Shown here piece after piece: positions 10,564 through 21,352 of a DNA stretch of 64,000 nt; the first letter of the stretch is position 1; every line of letters starts with the position of its first letter. Origin of the DNA: Nitrospirota bacterium (GTDB taxonomy: Bacteria; Nitrospirota; UBA9217); NCBI GenBank assembly GCA_963737155.1, contig CAVTRN010000001.1:1632001-1696000 (forward strand), read 5' to 3'. The notes under the pieces are model-generated. The model did not search any database and had not been told where the DNA came from. It worked only from the letters and a program-made list of their open reading frames with translations. Made by a program: the position numbers and the translations under genes.

Positions 10564-11049
10564 ATGATGAAGCGGTATGGTAAAAAACACCCGGTTGTTT
10601 TTTTGATCTTCATGGTGCTGGCGGGGCAGGATGCCATTATCCCATCTTATGAAGAGATACAGATTGAATTGCCGAGAAGGGAAATATGTACAACTTGTCC
10701 AGACAGCTCAACGCATAAAGAAATTCCCCGCATTACCACAGAAGAGCTAAGGGAGAAGATGGGTAGTGGAGGTAATATTGTAGTCTTGGATGCGCGGACC
10801 AAGGCTATGTACGATAAAGGGCACATCAAGGGAGCACTCTCCTTTCCCTGGGTTCTAAAACTAACCCAAGGGGACGTCAGGCAGCTTCCTCGAGACAAGA
10901 TGATAATCATCTATTGCGACTGCGGCCCCGGCGAGTCTGACAGTTCCGACCTAGCAGCGCAGTTAATAGAGATGGAATTCAACGTAAAGGTTCTGGCTGA
11001 TCCGTCCATCAGGGGATGGATAAAGGCCGGATACCCCGTTGAAAAGTGA
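10564..11049 (+). CDS. Rhodanese-like domain protein, possible N-terminal signal or anchor
   Basis: VVLDAR..YDKGHIKGA, IIIYCDCG, GWIKAGYPVE. Confidence 0.82.
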   Translation: MMKRYGKKHPVVFLIFMVLAGQDAIIPSYEEIQIELPRREICTTCPDSSTHKEIPRITTEELREKMGSGGNIVVLDARTKAMYDKGHIKGALSFPWVLKLTQGDVRQLPRDKMIIIYCDCGPGESDSSDLAAQLIEMEFNVKVLADPSIRGWIKAGYPVEK

Positions 11050-11075
11050 CGGCACAACAAAGGAGGGATGTCACC

Positions 11076-12812
11076 ATGGAAAGAAGAATGTGCGGAGGCT
11101 TTGGAAAAATTTTACTTTCGGTTACTCTCCTAGCTTTGCCTGCCATTGCATTTTCTCAGGAAGCAGTCAAAGAGGTGGAACTGATTAACCCCGAGGGTGT
11201 CGTCAACATTGAACCGATGAAGGTCAATCCTCATCCGGCCAGTCTCGAGGGAAAGACCATCGTGCTTCAGTGGAATGGTAAACAGAACGGAGACAATTTC
11301 ATGAACCAGATCGCGGCGCTTCTCAGTGAAAAGGTAAAGAACATCAGGATCATCAAGGCCTGGCAAGACGCTCCGGAAGTAAAAATAATCAGTCAGAATC
11401 CGGAAAAGAGCAGGCAGCTTGCACAACGCATAGCCGCATTCAAACCGGATCTTGTGATTGCCGGACAGGCCGATTGAGGCTCCTGCACCTCATGGCTGGT
11501 AGTTGACCAGCTCAATCTGGAAAAAATGGGTATTCCCACTGTTACTATAGCTTCGTCTGAGTTTATCGGACTGTCGAAGGATACCGCAATGAGTCAGGGC
11601 GTCGCCGATATGAGCTTCGTTATTGTGCCCCATCCGATGGGAGGAATTGCGATCGAAGAGATAACGCAAAAGGCGAAGGATGCTTTCCCCGCTATCCTCT
11701 ACGCCGCAACAAGATGGAAACCTGTGGCAGAAATGCCACCCAAGAAGCCAACCTATCCGGCAGAGCGAGTTACGTTGAAAGGCATGGGCGAGGATATAAA
11801 CACCGTGTTTTTTGAAAGAGGCTGGTCTCTTGGCTTGCCCATTGTACCTCCCACGTCAGAAAAAGTGGCAGAGATGCTGAAGGGAACCAGCCGCAAACCT
11901 AGTGATGTTCTTGGTCAGGTTCCCCCGAGAATGGGTTCTCTCACCGTTGAGTTGGTAGCAACCCATGCGGTCATGGCTGGTTGTAAGCCTGAATATATGC
12001 CTGTGCTTATTGCAGCCATGGAGGCCCTTCTAACACCTGAAGCAAACTGGCGCGGTTCAGCCACATCCACAGGCTCCATCGGCGCGCTCGTGATAGTGAA
12101 CGGACCGATTGTGAAGGAGATTGGCCTTGCATACAGCCAGGGAGCCGCGAGCAGGATGCACCATGCCAATGCTTCCCTTGGTTATGCCATTGATTTGATT
12201 GCGGCTGTTGTGGGCGGCTCAAAACCTCCATCGCCGAAAAAAACCACTCTAGGTTCACCTGCAGATTTTGTTGCCTGGATCTTCGGGGAGAATGAGGATG
12301 CCCTTCCCAAGGGATGGCAGCCATACCACGTTGACAAGGGGTTTAAGAAGACAGAGAGCGTGGTGACCCTGATGGGCATCTGGCCTCCTGTAGACGTGGT
12401 AGATTTGTGGAGTGCTACCCCCGAAGAGCTTTCGAACTGGTTCAGCCATGCGGTCTCTCCATTGCTGAGTATTGGTGGTCCCTGCTGGACAAGCCAAATG
12501 GAACAGCCTCACATCATAGGGCTAGGTCCTGAGCATGCAGATATCTATGCAAAGGCTGGATGGACAAAAGATCAGATCAGGAAAGTCATCTGGGAGAAGG
12601 CCCGTATTCCCTTTTCATCCTGGGCAAAGGCATGCCCTAATCAGGCTGCTTTTAAGGAAAAATTTGGCGAGGTTACTCCAGATACTCTTGTCCCGATCAC
12701 CCTCAAACCCGAATATTTGCAGATCATCATTACAGGGGGGAAAGGGCAACATTCGCACTATTTTGCTCCATTCCCCGGTAGTAACCCGGTGAGCAAAGTT
12801 ATCACAAAATAA
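11076..12812 (+). CDS. UGSC-family selenoprotein (Sec at TGA 11475-11477), predicted signal peptide, 578 aa
   Basis: ORFs 11046-11477 and 11526-12812 share a frame; readthrough gives ..AGQAD-U-GSCTSWLVVDQLNLEKMGIPTV..; SECIS-like hairpin follows. Confidence 0.88.
11495..11511 (+). promoter_or_regulatory. Putative bacterial SECIS hairpin
   Basis: GCTGGT-AGTTG-ACCAGC perfect 6-bp stem starting 17 nt after the UGA, G at loop position 2. Confidence 0.7.
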
Positions 12813-12904
12813 GGACTGGCCCAGGTGATCGTGTCGGTATTTGTTGCTAAGGTTGAAGAGTTGCTCCTACAATGAAATGCGTTGGCGTGAATGAATCTTG
12901 AAAT

Positions 12905-12969
12905 ATCTAATATTGGCTTCAACCTGACTCACTGGACAAGCCGGTTCGCAGGTTAAGCCGCTGTTCGTG
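12905..12969 (+). repeat. Degenerate integron attC-like site
   Basis: ATCTAAT-attgg-CTTCAACCTG…CAGGTTAAG-ccgct-GTTCGTG: R''/L''/L'/R' layout with an extrahelical C. Confidence 0.55.
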
Positions 12970-13269
12970 TGTGAGTTTCACTGAGTATTGTGCATCTTGC
13001 ATTTATCGGTCGCCGTGCATGATTGTAGGTGGCGTTGAGTTACGTATAATATTAGCAGAGGTGCAATAACCATATTGTATCATGTATTTTGTGATAAGTT
13101 TTTTCTATCAATAGTAACTTCCCGAAGCTGTGGAGTTTCTATTCTATGCAACAGTCAACACTTCATTCTGGAATTTGTTAACGTTTGCTCACCCAAAATC
13201 AGTCCATTTTAGTTGACAGCCTGCCAAATGTCTGATAATATAATGCCAGATGACATGGAGGCTATTCTT

Positions 13270-13710
13270 ATGATTACTGAACAAAAAATCGCATCAGTCC
13301 TCGGTGGTCAAACATCGCTTGGACGCAAAATTAAGAGTACACTGGATATGGACAGACTTATCCGAGAAGGATTCCCCTATAAAGCGGGCAACCATGTCAG
13401 GGGCTTATTGAATCTCTCACTGCCACTTTTTGCTGGCATTATCGAAGTGAGTGAAAGAACATTGGCGCGAGTCCGCAAGTCGCCAAATCAGCGCTTGCCC
13501 ACTGTCGCTAGTGACCGTCTCTATAGGCTGGCCAGAATATTTTCGATCGCTTGTGAAGTCTTAGAGGATGAGGAAAAGGCAAAGGAGTGGATTCGACGTT
13601 CCCAGGTCGGTTTAGGTGGCAAAACTCCCCTTGATCTACTGCATACCGAGGCTGGGGCAAAGGAGGTTGAGAATCTTCTCTGGCGTATTGAGTATGGGGT
13701 GATCTCGTGA
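13270..13710 (+). CDS. Xre/MbcA/ParS family antitoxin
   Basis: HTH (VSERTLAR), SDRLYRLARI, LGGKTPLDLL.TEAGAKEV..IEYG. Confidence 0.9.
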   Translation: MITEQKIASVLGGQTSLGRKIKSTLDMDRLIREGFPYKAGNHVRGLLNLSLPLFAGIIEVSERTLARVRKSPNQRLPTVASDRLYRLARIFSIACEVLEDEEKAKEWIRRSQVGLGGKTPLDLLHTEAGAKEVENLLWRIEYGVIS

Positions 13711-14180
13711 TCACGGCATGGCGTTTGGACAAGGAGAAACACGCCAAGGACGCATTCGCGGGTGAAGGAGCGCGCCGTGTTAGCGGTCGTTGGCATCACG
13801 AGGGCCTACCTGTCGTTTACATAAGCGAGTCCCTTGCGCTGTCCGTTCTCGAAAAATTCATTCATCTGGGATTCGACGCTTCTCATATCAAGTTTGTGTA
13901 TTTTAAAATTGAGATTCCCGACAGCGTCCCCATTGAAAAACTGAAAGCATCTGATCTCCCCGATGACTGGACCAGAGAGCCGCCGCAAGATTCGACAAAA
14001 GATATCGGTTCTAACTGGGTAAGGAAGGTTGGCACTGCTGTTTTAAGGGTCCCTTCTGTTCTAGTTCCAAGAAGCTGGAACTATCTGCTTAACCCTGCTC
14101 ACAGCGATTTTAAGAAAATCCGGATCAGTGACCCCATGCCTTTTGTTTTTGATGCTAGAATGTGGAAATTGCCATACTAA
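13707..14180 (+). CDS. RES-domain toxin
   Basis: GEGAR..GRWH..PVVY.SES.ALSVLE, VPSVLVP..NYLLNPAH; overlaps the antitoxin stop. Confidence 0.92.
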   Translation: MITAWRLDKEKHAKDAFAGEGARRVSGRWHHEGLPVVYISESLALSVLEKFIHLGFDASHIKFVYFKIEIPDSVPIEKLKASDLPDDWTREPPQDSTKDIGSNWVRKVGTAVLRVPSVLVPRSWNYLLNPAHSDFKKIRISDPMPFVFDARMWKLPY

Positions 14181-14591
14181 CAATTAATAAATCTTCGAGT
14201 GAATCAGCTGAGTTGTCTTTATCGTTGAGGCTTAATATGTTCCAGATGAAGTAAAGAATTTTGGTTCATATAGAATATCGCGGGTTCCTTCCTGTACCTA
14301 ATGACGATGCCAATTTTATAACACTGCTATTTGCAACCTGTAGTTAGCACTTTTTGCGACGTAATAAAACAAAAAAGACGAGAGGAATGATTCATTCCTC
14401 CCGTCTATGAAATCCTTTTTTAAAGTCCAGAAGATTAAATTGAACTATTTTTTTTACTTTCTCCACGGGTGGGACCAGTTCTCCTTCAAGGATGATATTC
14501 TTAATCTGTCGGAGATACCGCCTGAATCCATAGCTGCGTTATTCCATAGTATGTGCTTCTTTAGACCATCTAGACCCTCGGCGCACAATGG

Positions 14592-14819
14592 CTAGTTCTT
14601 CACTTTGCATATTCTCGCGTATTCGGCGGGACGTGTAAATGATTTTTTTTCTTCCCCCGGGATTGATAAAAAAGAGACGGCATTTACCACCAAAGGGAGA
14701 CCCATAGCTATTGAGAAAATCATAGCGGCGAAAAATCTGTGCTTTTTTCCATATTTTGACTCTTCACTGTTTTGGTAGTCCACTGAGAGTCTTGGATCAG
14801 TTTGAGAAAATTGCCCCAA
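14592..14819 (-). CDS. Small hypothetical membrane protein
   Basis: 75-aa ORF with one hydrophobic segment and GGAGG RBS, downstream of the porin. Confidence 0.35.
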   Translation of the reverse strand: MGQFSQTDPRLSVDYQNSEESKYGKKHRFFAAMIFSIAMGLPLVVNAVSFLSIPGEEKKSFTRPAEYARICKVKN

Positions 14820-14862
14820 GGTCCTCCAAAGACTTCCGAAATCCTTTTATTAGTTCTTTTCC

Positions 14863-16053
14863 TTACCACCGATACATAAAGGCGAGCGAGTAGGTATCCT
14901 GTGTTTTCTTTGTGCCGTTGTCAAATGAATCCTTGTTCGATGTATCATGACGGTACTCGGGCCTCACAACTAAACCGCCGCCCAGACGGATCTCCGGAGT
15001 CAACGTGAATTCGGCCAGCTCCTGCGACTTAACCAGCCCAGCCGGCGTGGTAGTAGTAACTCCATCAACGTAACCAATGTAACCGTCACTGTCATTAACG
15101 GATTCCCCGCGGACGGAGATGCTGTAGGTGTCATTGATATCGTATTTTACGATGCCCGAGAAGCCATACAATCTCACCGCACCAAACGTCGCTCCGGCCA
15201 TGGTATTGTCCTGTAAGACATTGTCGTAATTCAGGATGATGGACAAAGGCTTTATCGGTTTGATCGTCGCAACAAGGTCGAGCAGGTCACGATTGTCGTG
15301 ATTGTCGTTATTCGTCTCCGGGCCCGATAGATAATTGACATACGCCGAGAATAGATCACCAGTCACAATATTGACGCTCACACCGACCGTCTTGCCGATA
15401 TTGTTATCCGTCGCATTGTCCCAGCCGTTCACCAGGAACAGCGCCGCATTTATGTTGTCAGTGAACACATAGCTTGCTTTCACGCCGGTATGGGTAAGCG
15501 GTTCCGCATAGGTAAACAGCAATGACCGGGAATAATTGGGATTGTCGATGGCCTCAATTACTTCGGCACCTACAAAGGTGACCATCTTCCCGATATCAAA
15601 CCGCAGTCCCTTGCCAACCGGTGCAGTGTAGCTTATATATGCCTCGGTTAAGTCAAATGCATCCGTTGTACTCGTGCTTGAAAATCCCACTCCCGCCTCA
15701 TTCATCAACTTCGCTGTTTCTCCGGCCATAAACTTCACATGATACCCGATTAAGCCAGCCGCAGGGTCCTTGGAAAATACGAGTTCCGCCATATCAAGAT
15801 TGAAGCTGTTCGCTTGCTGGTCAAATCCCCGCAGGTCATTCAATCCCGCTGCCCCTGCCGGACCGCTTGCATTATCGTTGATGGTATAGCCACTCTGCAG
15901 ATAGATGCTCATGCCCAGCGCGTTCTTCACATCTACTGGATTCAAACCCGCCGGCTTCGCGTCATCCGCAAAAGCCGCAGCGGACATTGCCACCATGGCG
16001 CAAAATATCGCAAAGCCAATCTTCAAACCAAGTACAGATCCCATTCTTTTCAT
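14863..16053 (-). CDS. Outer-membrane beta-barrel porin (DUF1597/BBP2-like)
   Basis: Signal peptide, GKMVTFVGAEVIE..NPNYSRS, NGWD, RPEYRHD, C-terminal aromatic residue; co-oriented with kdp operon 1. Confidence 0.82.
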   Translation of the reverse strand: MKRMGSVLGLKIGFAIFCAMVAMSAAAFADDAKPAGLNPVDVKNALGMSIYLQSGYTINDNASGPAGAAGLNDLRGFDQQANSFNLDMAELVFSKDPAAGLIGYHVKFMAGETAKLMNEAGVGFSSTSTTDAFDLTEAYISYTAPVGKGLRFDIGKMVTFVGAEVIEAIDNPNYSRSLLFTYAEPLTHTGVKASYVFTDNINAALFLVNGWDNATDNNIGKTVGVSVNIVTGDLFSAYVNYLSGPETNNDNHDNRDLLDLVATIKPIKPLSIILNYDNVLQDNTMAGATFGAVRLYGFSGIVKYDINDTYSISVRGESVNDSDGYIGYVDGVTTTTPAGLVKSQELAEFTLTPEIRLGGGLVVRPEYRHDTSNKDSFDNGTKKTQDTYSLAFMYRW

Positions 16054-16077
16054 TTCAATCTCCTTATTTTAATTAAA

Positions 16078-18150
16078 TTAAACAATATGCATTGCAGTTA
16101 TCAGCATGTCGATCAGCTTGATCCCGATGAACGGAAGGATCACCCCGCCGACGCCGTAAATCAGGGCGTTGTAGCGCAGGATCACCGACGCGCCGAGCGG
16201 GCGGTATTTCACTCCGCGAAGCGCAAGAGGCACGAGGAAGATGATGATCAGCGCGTTAAAGATCACGGCAGACAACACCGCGCTCTCCGGAGTTGCAAGG
16301 CCCATAATATTAAGAGCCCCTAGAGCTGGATAGACGGAAAGGAATGCAGCAGGCAGAATGGCGAAATATTTTGCCACGTCGTTCGCAATGCTGAAGGTCG
16401 TAAGTGTTCCGCGGGTCATCAAAAGTTGCTTGCCGATCTCAACGATTTGAATGAGCTTGGTGGGGTTCGAATCGAGGTCCACCAGGTTTCCTGCTTCTTT
16501 TGCCGCCTGGGTACCGGAGTGCATGGCAACCGCCACGTCTGCCTGGGCTAGCGCGGGCGCGTCATTGGTGCCATCTCCGGTCATGGCAACAAGCCTGCCG
16601 CCTTTCTGGTATTCGCGGATCAGCTTGAGCTTGGCCTCGGGTGTTGCCTCGGCGAGAAAATCATCGACTCCCGCCTCAGCTGCAACCGCGGCCGCAGTCA
16701 GGGGATTGTCACCGGTGATCATGACCGTTTTGATCCCCATCTTTCGCATTTCTGCAAATCGTTCCTTAATTCCGCCCTTGACGATATCGTTCAAGCGGAT
16801 AACGCCGAGCACTTTATTCCCGTCGGCAACCACGAGCGGCGTTGCGCCCTGTTTAGCGATGTCGTCCACGATCAAGCGAACATCGGGAGGGAATATTCCG
16901 CCCTTCTTCGTGACGAAGTTTTCGACTGCATCGGCAGCGCCCTTGCGGACTTCCTGGCCGTCGTGGTTTACACCGCTCATCCTGGTCTGGGCGGAGAACG
17001 GAACAAACTCCGCCTTGATGCTTGTCATGTCCCGGGCGCGGAGACCGTACTTCTCTTTGGCGAGCACGACGATGCTCCGCCCTTCAGGCGTTTCATCGGC
17101 CAGCGAGGCAAGCTGGGCCGCGTTTGCCAAAACTCCCACGTGCACACCCGGAGCAGGGATTAATTCAGTGGCCTGCCGGTTTCCGAGCGTGATGGTGCCG
17201 GTTTTATCAAGCAGCAGAACATCAACGTCTCCGGCCGCTTCCACGGCCCGTCCTGACGTGGCGATTACATTAGCCTGGATCATCCGGTCCATGCCCGCAA
17301 TTCCTATGGCAGAGAGGAGCCCCCCGATCGTGGTCGGGATGAGGCATACAAGAAGTGCCACGAGTACGGTGATGGTGACAGGCGTGCCCTGTCCCGCCGC
17401 CTTGACGCTGAAGAGGGAATAGGGAAGGAGCGTCACGCATACGAGCAGGAAAACAATCGTCATTCCAGCCAGCAGGATGTCAAGGGCGATCTCATTCGGC
17501 GTCTTCTGGCGCTTTGCGCCTTCGACCAAGGATATCATTCGGTCAAGAAAGGTCTCGCCGGGATTCGAGGTGACTCGCACCACCAGCCAGTCGGAAAGGA
17601 CCGTAGTCCCGCCCGTGACCGCGCTCCGGTCTCCCCCGCTCTCCCGGATCACGGGCGCGCTCTCGCCTGTCACAACGCTTTCATTAACCGAGGCAACACC
17701 TTCGATGACTTCGCCGTCCATCGGGATGAGATCGCCTGCCTCTACGAGAACGACATCACCTTTCTTGAGCTCTGACGAGACGATCTTCGTGATCTCCGCA
17801 TCCGGTTTCGGTTTCGCCAGGCGTTTGGCCATCACGTCACGCCGCGTTTTTCGAAGTGACTCTGCCTGAGCCTTGCCGCGGCCTTCAGCCATCGATTCCG
17901 CGAAATTTGCGAAGAGCACGGTTACCCAAAGCCAGATGGATATCTGCAGGATAAAGGAAGGGGACGCCTCGCCTTTTCCCGTGAACGCGGCGTGAAGGAA
18001 CAGGAGCGTCGTCAAAATACTCCCGACTTCTACGACAAACATGACAGGGTTCTTGATTTGGTAGATCGGATTCAGTTTTTTCAGCGAATCCCGCAATGCC
18101 GGTTTTACGATTTTCGGGTCGAACAGCGACCTTTCTTTTGTATTGCTCAT
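16078..18150 (-). CDS. kdpB: K+-transporting ATPase subunit B (copy 1)
   Basis: [38 protein letters not shown]. Confidence 0.97.
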   Translation of the reverse strand: MSNTKERSLFDPKIVKPALRDSLKKLNPIYQIKNPVMFVVEVGSILTTLLFLHAAFTGKGEASPSFILQISIWLWVTVLFANFAESMAEGRGKAQAESLRKTRRDVMAKRLAKPKPDAEITKIVSSELKKGDVVLVEAGDLIPMDGEVIEGVASVNESVVTGESAPVIRESGGDRSAVTGGTTVLSDWLVVRVTSNPGETFLDRMISLVEGAKRQKTPNEIALDILLAGMTIVFLLVCVTLLPYSLFSVKAAGQGTPVTITVLVALLVCLIPTTIGGLLSAIGIAGMDRMIQANVIATSGRAVEAAGDVDVLLLDKTGTITLGNRQATELIPAPGVHVGVLANAAQLASLADETPEGRSIVVLAKEKYGLRARDMTSIKAEFVPFSAQTRMSGVNHDGQEVRKGAADAVENFVTKKGGIFPPDVRLIVDDIAKQGATPLVVADGNKVLGVIRLNDIVKGGIKERFAEMRKMGIKTVMITGDNPLTAAAVAAEAGVDDFLAEATPEAKLKLIREYQKGGRLVAMTGDGTNDAPALAQADVAVAMHSGTQAAKEAGNLVDLDSNPTKLIQIVEIGKQLLMTRGTLTTFSIANDVAKYFAILPAAFLSVYPALGALNIMGLATPESAVLSAVIFNALIIIFLVPLALRGVKYRPLGASVILRYNALIYGVGGVILPFIGIKLIDMLITAMHIV

Positions 18151-18229
18151 GCCTGCCTCCTCGGAAAAACGATTGTCGCACTGATTCATATTGTGCATAC
18201 AAAATTCGTGCACTGTACAGTAGTATTAC

Positions 18230-19243
18230 CTAGGGCGCTCCATATTTATTACGAAGCTCTAAATTGACCTCAAGCACATTGATGATCTTTTCCCCTGCGA
18301 GGCCATCGAACGGAGCAAAAGCGTTCTTTTGCAATATCTGTTCGATCTCTTTCCGGACCTCAGCCTGGTCGCGCTTTAAGTCTGTGGCCCATTTTGGAGC
18401 AACCCGGTCGAGCTGAAACTCGGCGTTCAGCAGTGTGATATGCGGATCAAGTCCTGATGCCGACGTGGTGACCAGGTCGCCGGGAACATCCTGAATATCG
18501 GCATCCGCATGGTCCTGACGCCACATATCGAAGAAAATAGACTGGATGTCCGAGCCCGCATTCACCGGTTCGATAGTCGTTATCGTCTTGCCGTCTTTTC
18601 CAGTACGGGTAACACCAGAGGGGAATTTGCCGGCGTTCTCTGCCGAGAAGTTCTTGAAGAAAACGATGGCAAGGTCTGACGCTTTTGGCTGAGATATTCC
18701 CGGATTGTCCTTTATAAACTGTGCTACTTCCTTCGGATGCGACTTGGCCCAGTTATCTACATAGGCAGCGTGCGTCGGATCTCCGGTAACCCATGCCTGG
18801 GCAAGAGAGTTGTGCATATCGGCCCACTGTGCAACAATATGTGGTGCTCCCTGAAACACGTCTTTCTGGAACCACTGCTCGACATCCGGTGCTACCGGCT
18901 GTCCGGCCTTGGGACCGCTTCGATAAGCCACAATCGGACCCAGGGTACGTGCGACACGATCACGCAACGCGTAGTTGGACGCAGCCAGGGCCGACGAGGA
19001 CGAGGCGGACGCATCGTAAGACGCCGCGGAGGGACGGGGTTGAAAGTACTCGTCCTTCGTAAACGGCTGGGCAATGAGCCGTGAGCCCACGGGCTTGCCG
19101 TCAGGCCCCATCAGCAGGCTGCCGTTGGCCTGGGAGGGAAAGAAAACTTGCCCTACTGCCCACAGCGCAAGCGTATATAGGACAACGCAAATGACCACGG
19201 AAAATACTAACAGCAAGATGCTCTTGGAAAGATATCTGAACAT
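18230..19243 (-). CDS. kdpC: K+-transporting ATPase subunit C (copy 1), long 337-aa form
   Basis: QANGSL..GSRLIAQPF..YFQPRPSA; DLVTTSASGLDPHIT; INVLEVNLEL. Confidence 0.9.
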   Translation of the reverse strand: MFRYLSKSILLLVFSVVICVVLYTLALWAVGQVFFPSQANGSLLMGPDGKPVGSRLIAQPFTKDEYFQPRPSAASYDASASSSSALAASNYALRDRVARTLGPIVAYRSGPKAGQPVAPDVEQWFQKDVFQGAPHIVAQWADMHNSLAQAWVTGDPTHAAYVDNWAKSHPKEVAQFIKDNPGISQPKASDLAIVFFKNFSAENAGKFPSGVTRTGKDGKTITTIEPVNAGSDIQSIFFDMWRQDHADADIQDVPGDLVTTSASGLDPHITLLNAEFQLDRVAPKWATDLKRDQAEVRKEIEQILQKNAFAPFDGLAGEKIINVLEVNLELRNKYGAP

Positions 19244-19294
19244 GGGTAAGCCTCCTTGATTCATTGGTACGGTCGCATCAGATAACATCGCCCG

Positions 19295-21124
19295 TTACCC
19301 GCCGACTGGAAACGGTCCAAGATGTTCCGCAATCGGGCCGAGCGCAGCTGCCGGCAGGAAAAGAAGCGCTCCAATAATGAGAATTGTGGCAACCAAAAAC
19401 AGTCCAAACGTGGCGTCGTCGTCGCGCAGAGTCCCCAGACCAACCGGACTCGTTTTTTTCTCGCCCAGATATGCCGCCATTGCGATCGGCGCAATGATCG
19501 GAAGAAAGCGGCTGAAGAGCATGACCAGGCCCGTCGCGATATCAAAAGCTATCGCACTCGGAGCCGGACTCGTTGCGTTGTAGAAACCGTAAGTAACTCC
19601 CAGGCCGTCGAAAGCCGAACCGTTATTAGCGGAAGCTGACGAGAACTGGTACAGGATCTGCGAGAAACCGTGCGCACCGGGGTTGCTTACGGCGTCCACG
19701 CCCCAGTGCGTCACCGCGAAGAGGGCCACGGGCGCGAGAATCATAAACGGATGGACCAGCAAGGCAATGGCCGCCAGCTTGATTTCGCGGGCTTCAATCT
19801 TCTTGCCCAGATATTCCGGCGTCCGCCCCACCATCATGCCGGCGATGAAAATGCCGATGATTATATACAGCAGCATGTTTATCATCCCGACGCCTTTTCC
19901 TCCGAAAATGGAGTTGATCCACATTCCAACCATGGGCGACAAGGCGGCGATCGGGTTCAAACTGTCTTCCTCTGCGTTCACCGCGCCGCAGGTCACATCT
20001 GTCGTCAAAGCGTCGAACGTAGCGCCTGCCGAGGTCCCGAAACGCATTTCTTTGCCCTCGAGATTGCCCAGGTGCTGGTCTACCGGCAAACCCGCAACCG
20101 CGGCAAAGGTCACGGGCTTTTTCATATCCCACGATTTTTCACCGGGAATTTCGAGGGTTCGCGCAGCATGTGCCGTCAATCCCGGGTTCGGTTTCATGGT
20201 ATCATAATAGATTGACCAAACCACGGTGCCCGCCATGAGCGCCAACATGACAATAAATATGACATAGGCATGCCGCATTTTGCCGAGCATCCGTCCGTAC
20301 ATGATAACAAGCGCGAAGGGGAAGATCATCATTGCAAGCGTGTTGAAAAAGTTCGACAGTGCAGTCGGATTTTCGAAGGGGTGCGCTGAGTTCATTCCAT
20401 AAAATCCGCCGCCGTTGGTCCCGAGCATTTTAATGGACTCAAGTGCCGCCACGGGGCCAACCACGATCGTCTGCTGCTTCGCCTCTCCCTTGTCTGTTGT
20501 TCCCATGGCCGCGGGTTCCAGTGTCGAAACCTGGTGGAAGGTTTTGAAGGTCATCGGGCTGCCTTGCGATAGGAAAATGAGGGAGAAGACAAAGGCAAAC
20601 GGAACAAACATGTAGATCATAACCCGCCACATATCCAGGAAAAAGTTTCCGAGCGACTTATCACTGCGCAAGGCTCGTATGATCGCGGCCAGTGCGCACA
20701 AGCCGATGGCGGCCGATATATACATATTTGAGATGCAAAAGAAAATCTGACTGAAGTTCGACAGATGCTGGTCCCCGGAATAGTGCTGGAGGTTCGTGTT
20801 CGTCATGAACGACACCACGCTGTTAAAGATCGTGCTGGGGAACAGCATTGTCTTGCCGTCGGGGTTGAGCGGCATATATGGCTGGAGTGCCAGAACAAGA
20901 TAACCGAAGACGAAGAGGACTGTGTTGAAGAGAAGCAGGGAGCCGATATACTGCTTCCAGTTCTGAGGACCGCTGTCCAGGCGCTTTTCGAACCACCCCA
21001 TGACCGGTAGAGGCCGGTATTTCCCATCCATGATCCAGGCCAGGTAGCGGCTCAAGGGGAATGCAACAATAGTCGCTGTGGCGAGAAGCGTAAAGGGAAG
21101 CAGCCAGGTTTGAATAAACATCAT
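19295..21124 (-). CDS. kdpA: K+-transporting ATPase subunit A (copy 1)
   Basis: [51 protein letters not shown]. Confidence 0.96.
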   Translation of the reverse strand: MMFIQTWLLPFTLLATATIVAFPLSRYLAWIMDGKYRPLPVMGWFEKRLDSGPQNWKQYIGSLLLFNTVLFVFGYLVLALQPYMPLNPDGKTMLFPSTIFNSVVSFMTNTNLQHYSGDQHLSNFSQIFFCISNMYISAAIGLCALAAIIRALRSDKSLGNFFLDMWRVMIYMFVPFAFVFSLIFLSQGSPMTFKTFHQVSTLEPAAMGTTDKGEAKQQTIVVGPVAALESIKMLGTNGGGFYGMNSAHPFENPTALSNFFNTLAMMIFPFALVIMYGRMLGKMRHAYVIFIVMLALMAGTVVWSIYYDTMKPNPGLTAHAARTLEIPGEKSWDMKKPVTFAAVAGLPVDQHLGNLEGKEMRFGTSAGATFDALTTDVTCGAVNAEEDSLNPIAALSPMVGMWINSIFGGKGVGMINMLLYIIIGIFIAGMMVGRTPEYLGKKIEAREIKLAAIALLVHPFMILAPVALFAVTHWGVDAVSNPGAHGFSQILYQFSSASANNGSAFDGLGVTYGFYNATSPAPSAIAFDIATGLVMLFSRFLPIIAPIAMAAYLGEKKTSPVGLGTLRDDDATFGLFLVATILIIGALLFLPAAALGPIAEHLGPFPVGG

Positions 21125-21219
21125 CTTACCTCCTTGTTATTTTTGAATCAGTCGCCTCTCTTGGGTACCGCTAACAGAGAAAATCATGAAAGGAGGCGAC
21201 ACATCGAGCAGGAATCCAA

Positions 21220-21315
21220 TTAGATTTTTTCACAAGCTTTCACAAACAAACCACATACTCCCATCCCTGCAATGCCGAGGAAAAACATCGTTAACAGCCA
21301 GATGGCAACGTTCAT
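21220..21315 (-). CDS. Small kdp-associated membrane peptide MNVAIWLLTMFFLGIAGMGVCGLFVKACEKI
   Basis: Read by hand; AAGGAGG RBS; paralog at 28087-28182 also ends CEKI. Confidence 0.75.
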   Translation of the reverse strand: MNVAIWLLTMFFLGIAGMGVCGLFVKACEKI

Positions 21316-21352
21316 CGGGAATCCCTCCTTTGCGTTAAGATGCATTGTCCCT

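Noticed and set aside
16451-17422. Long antisense ORFs over kdpB, and similar ones over the transposases, glnA and norB
   Set aside because: Shadow ORFs opposite well-supported genes, with no recognisable motifs.
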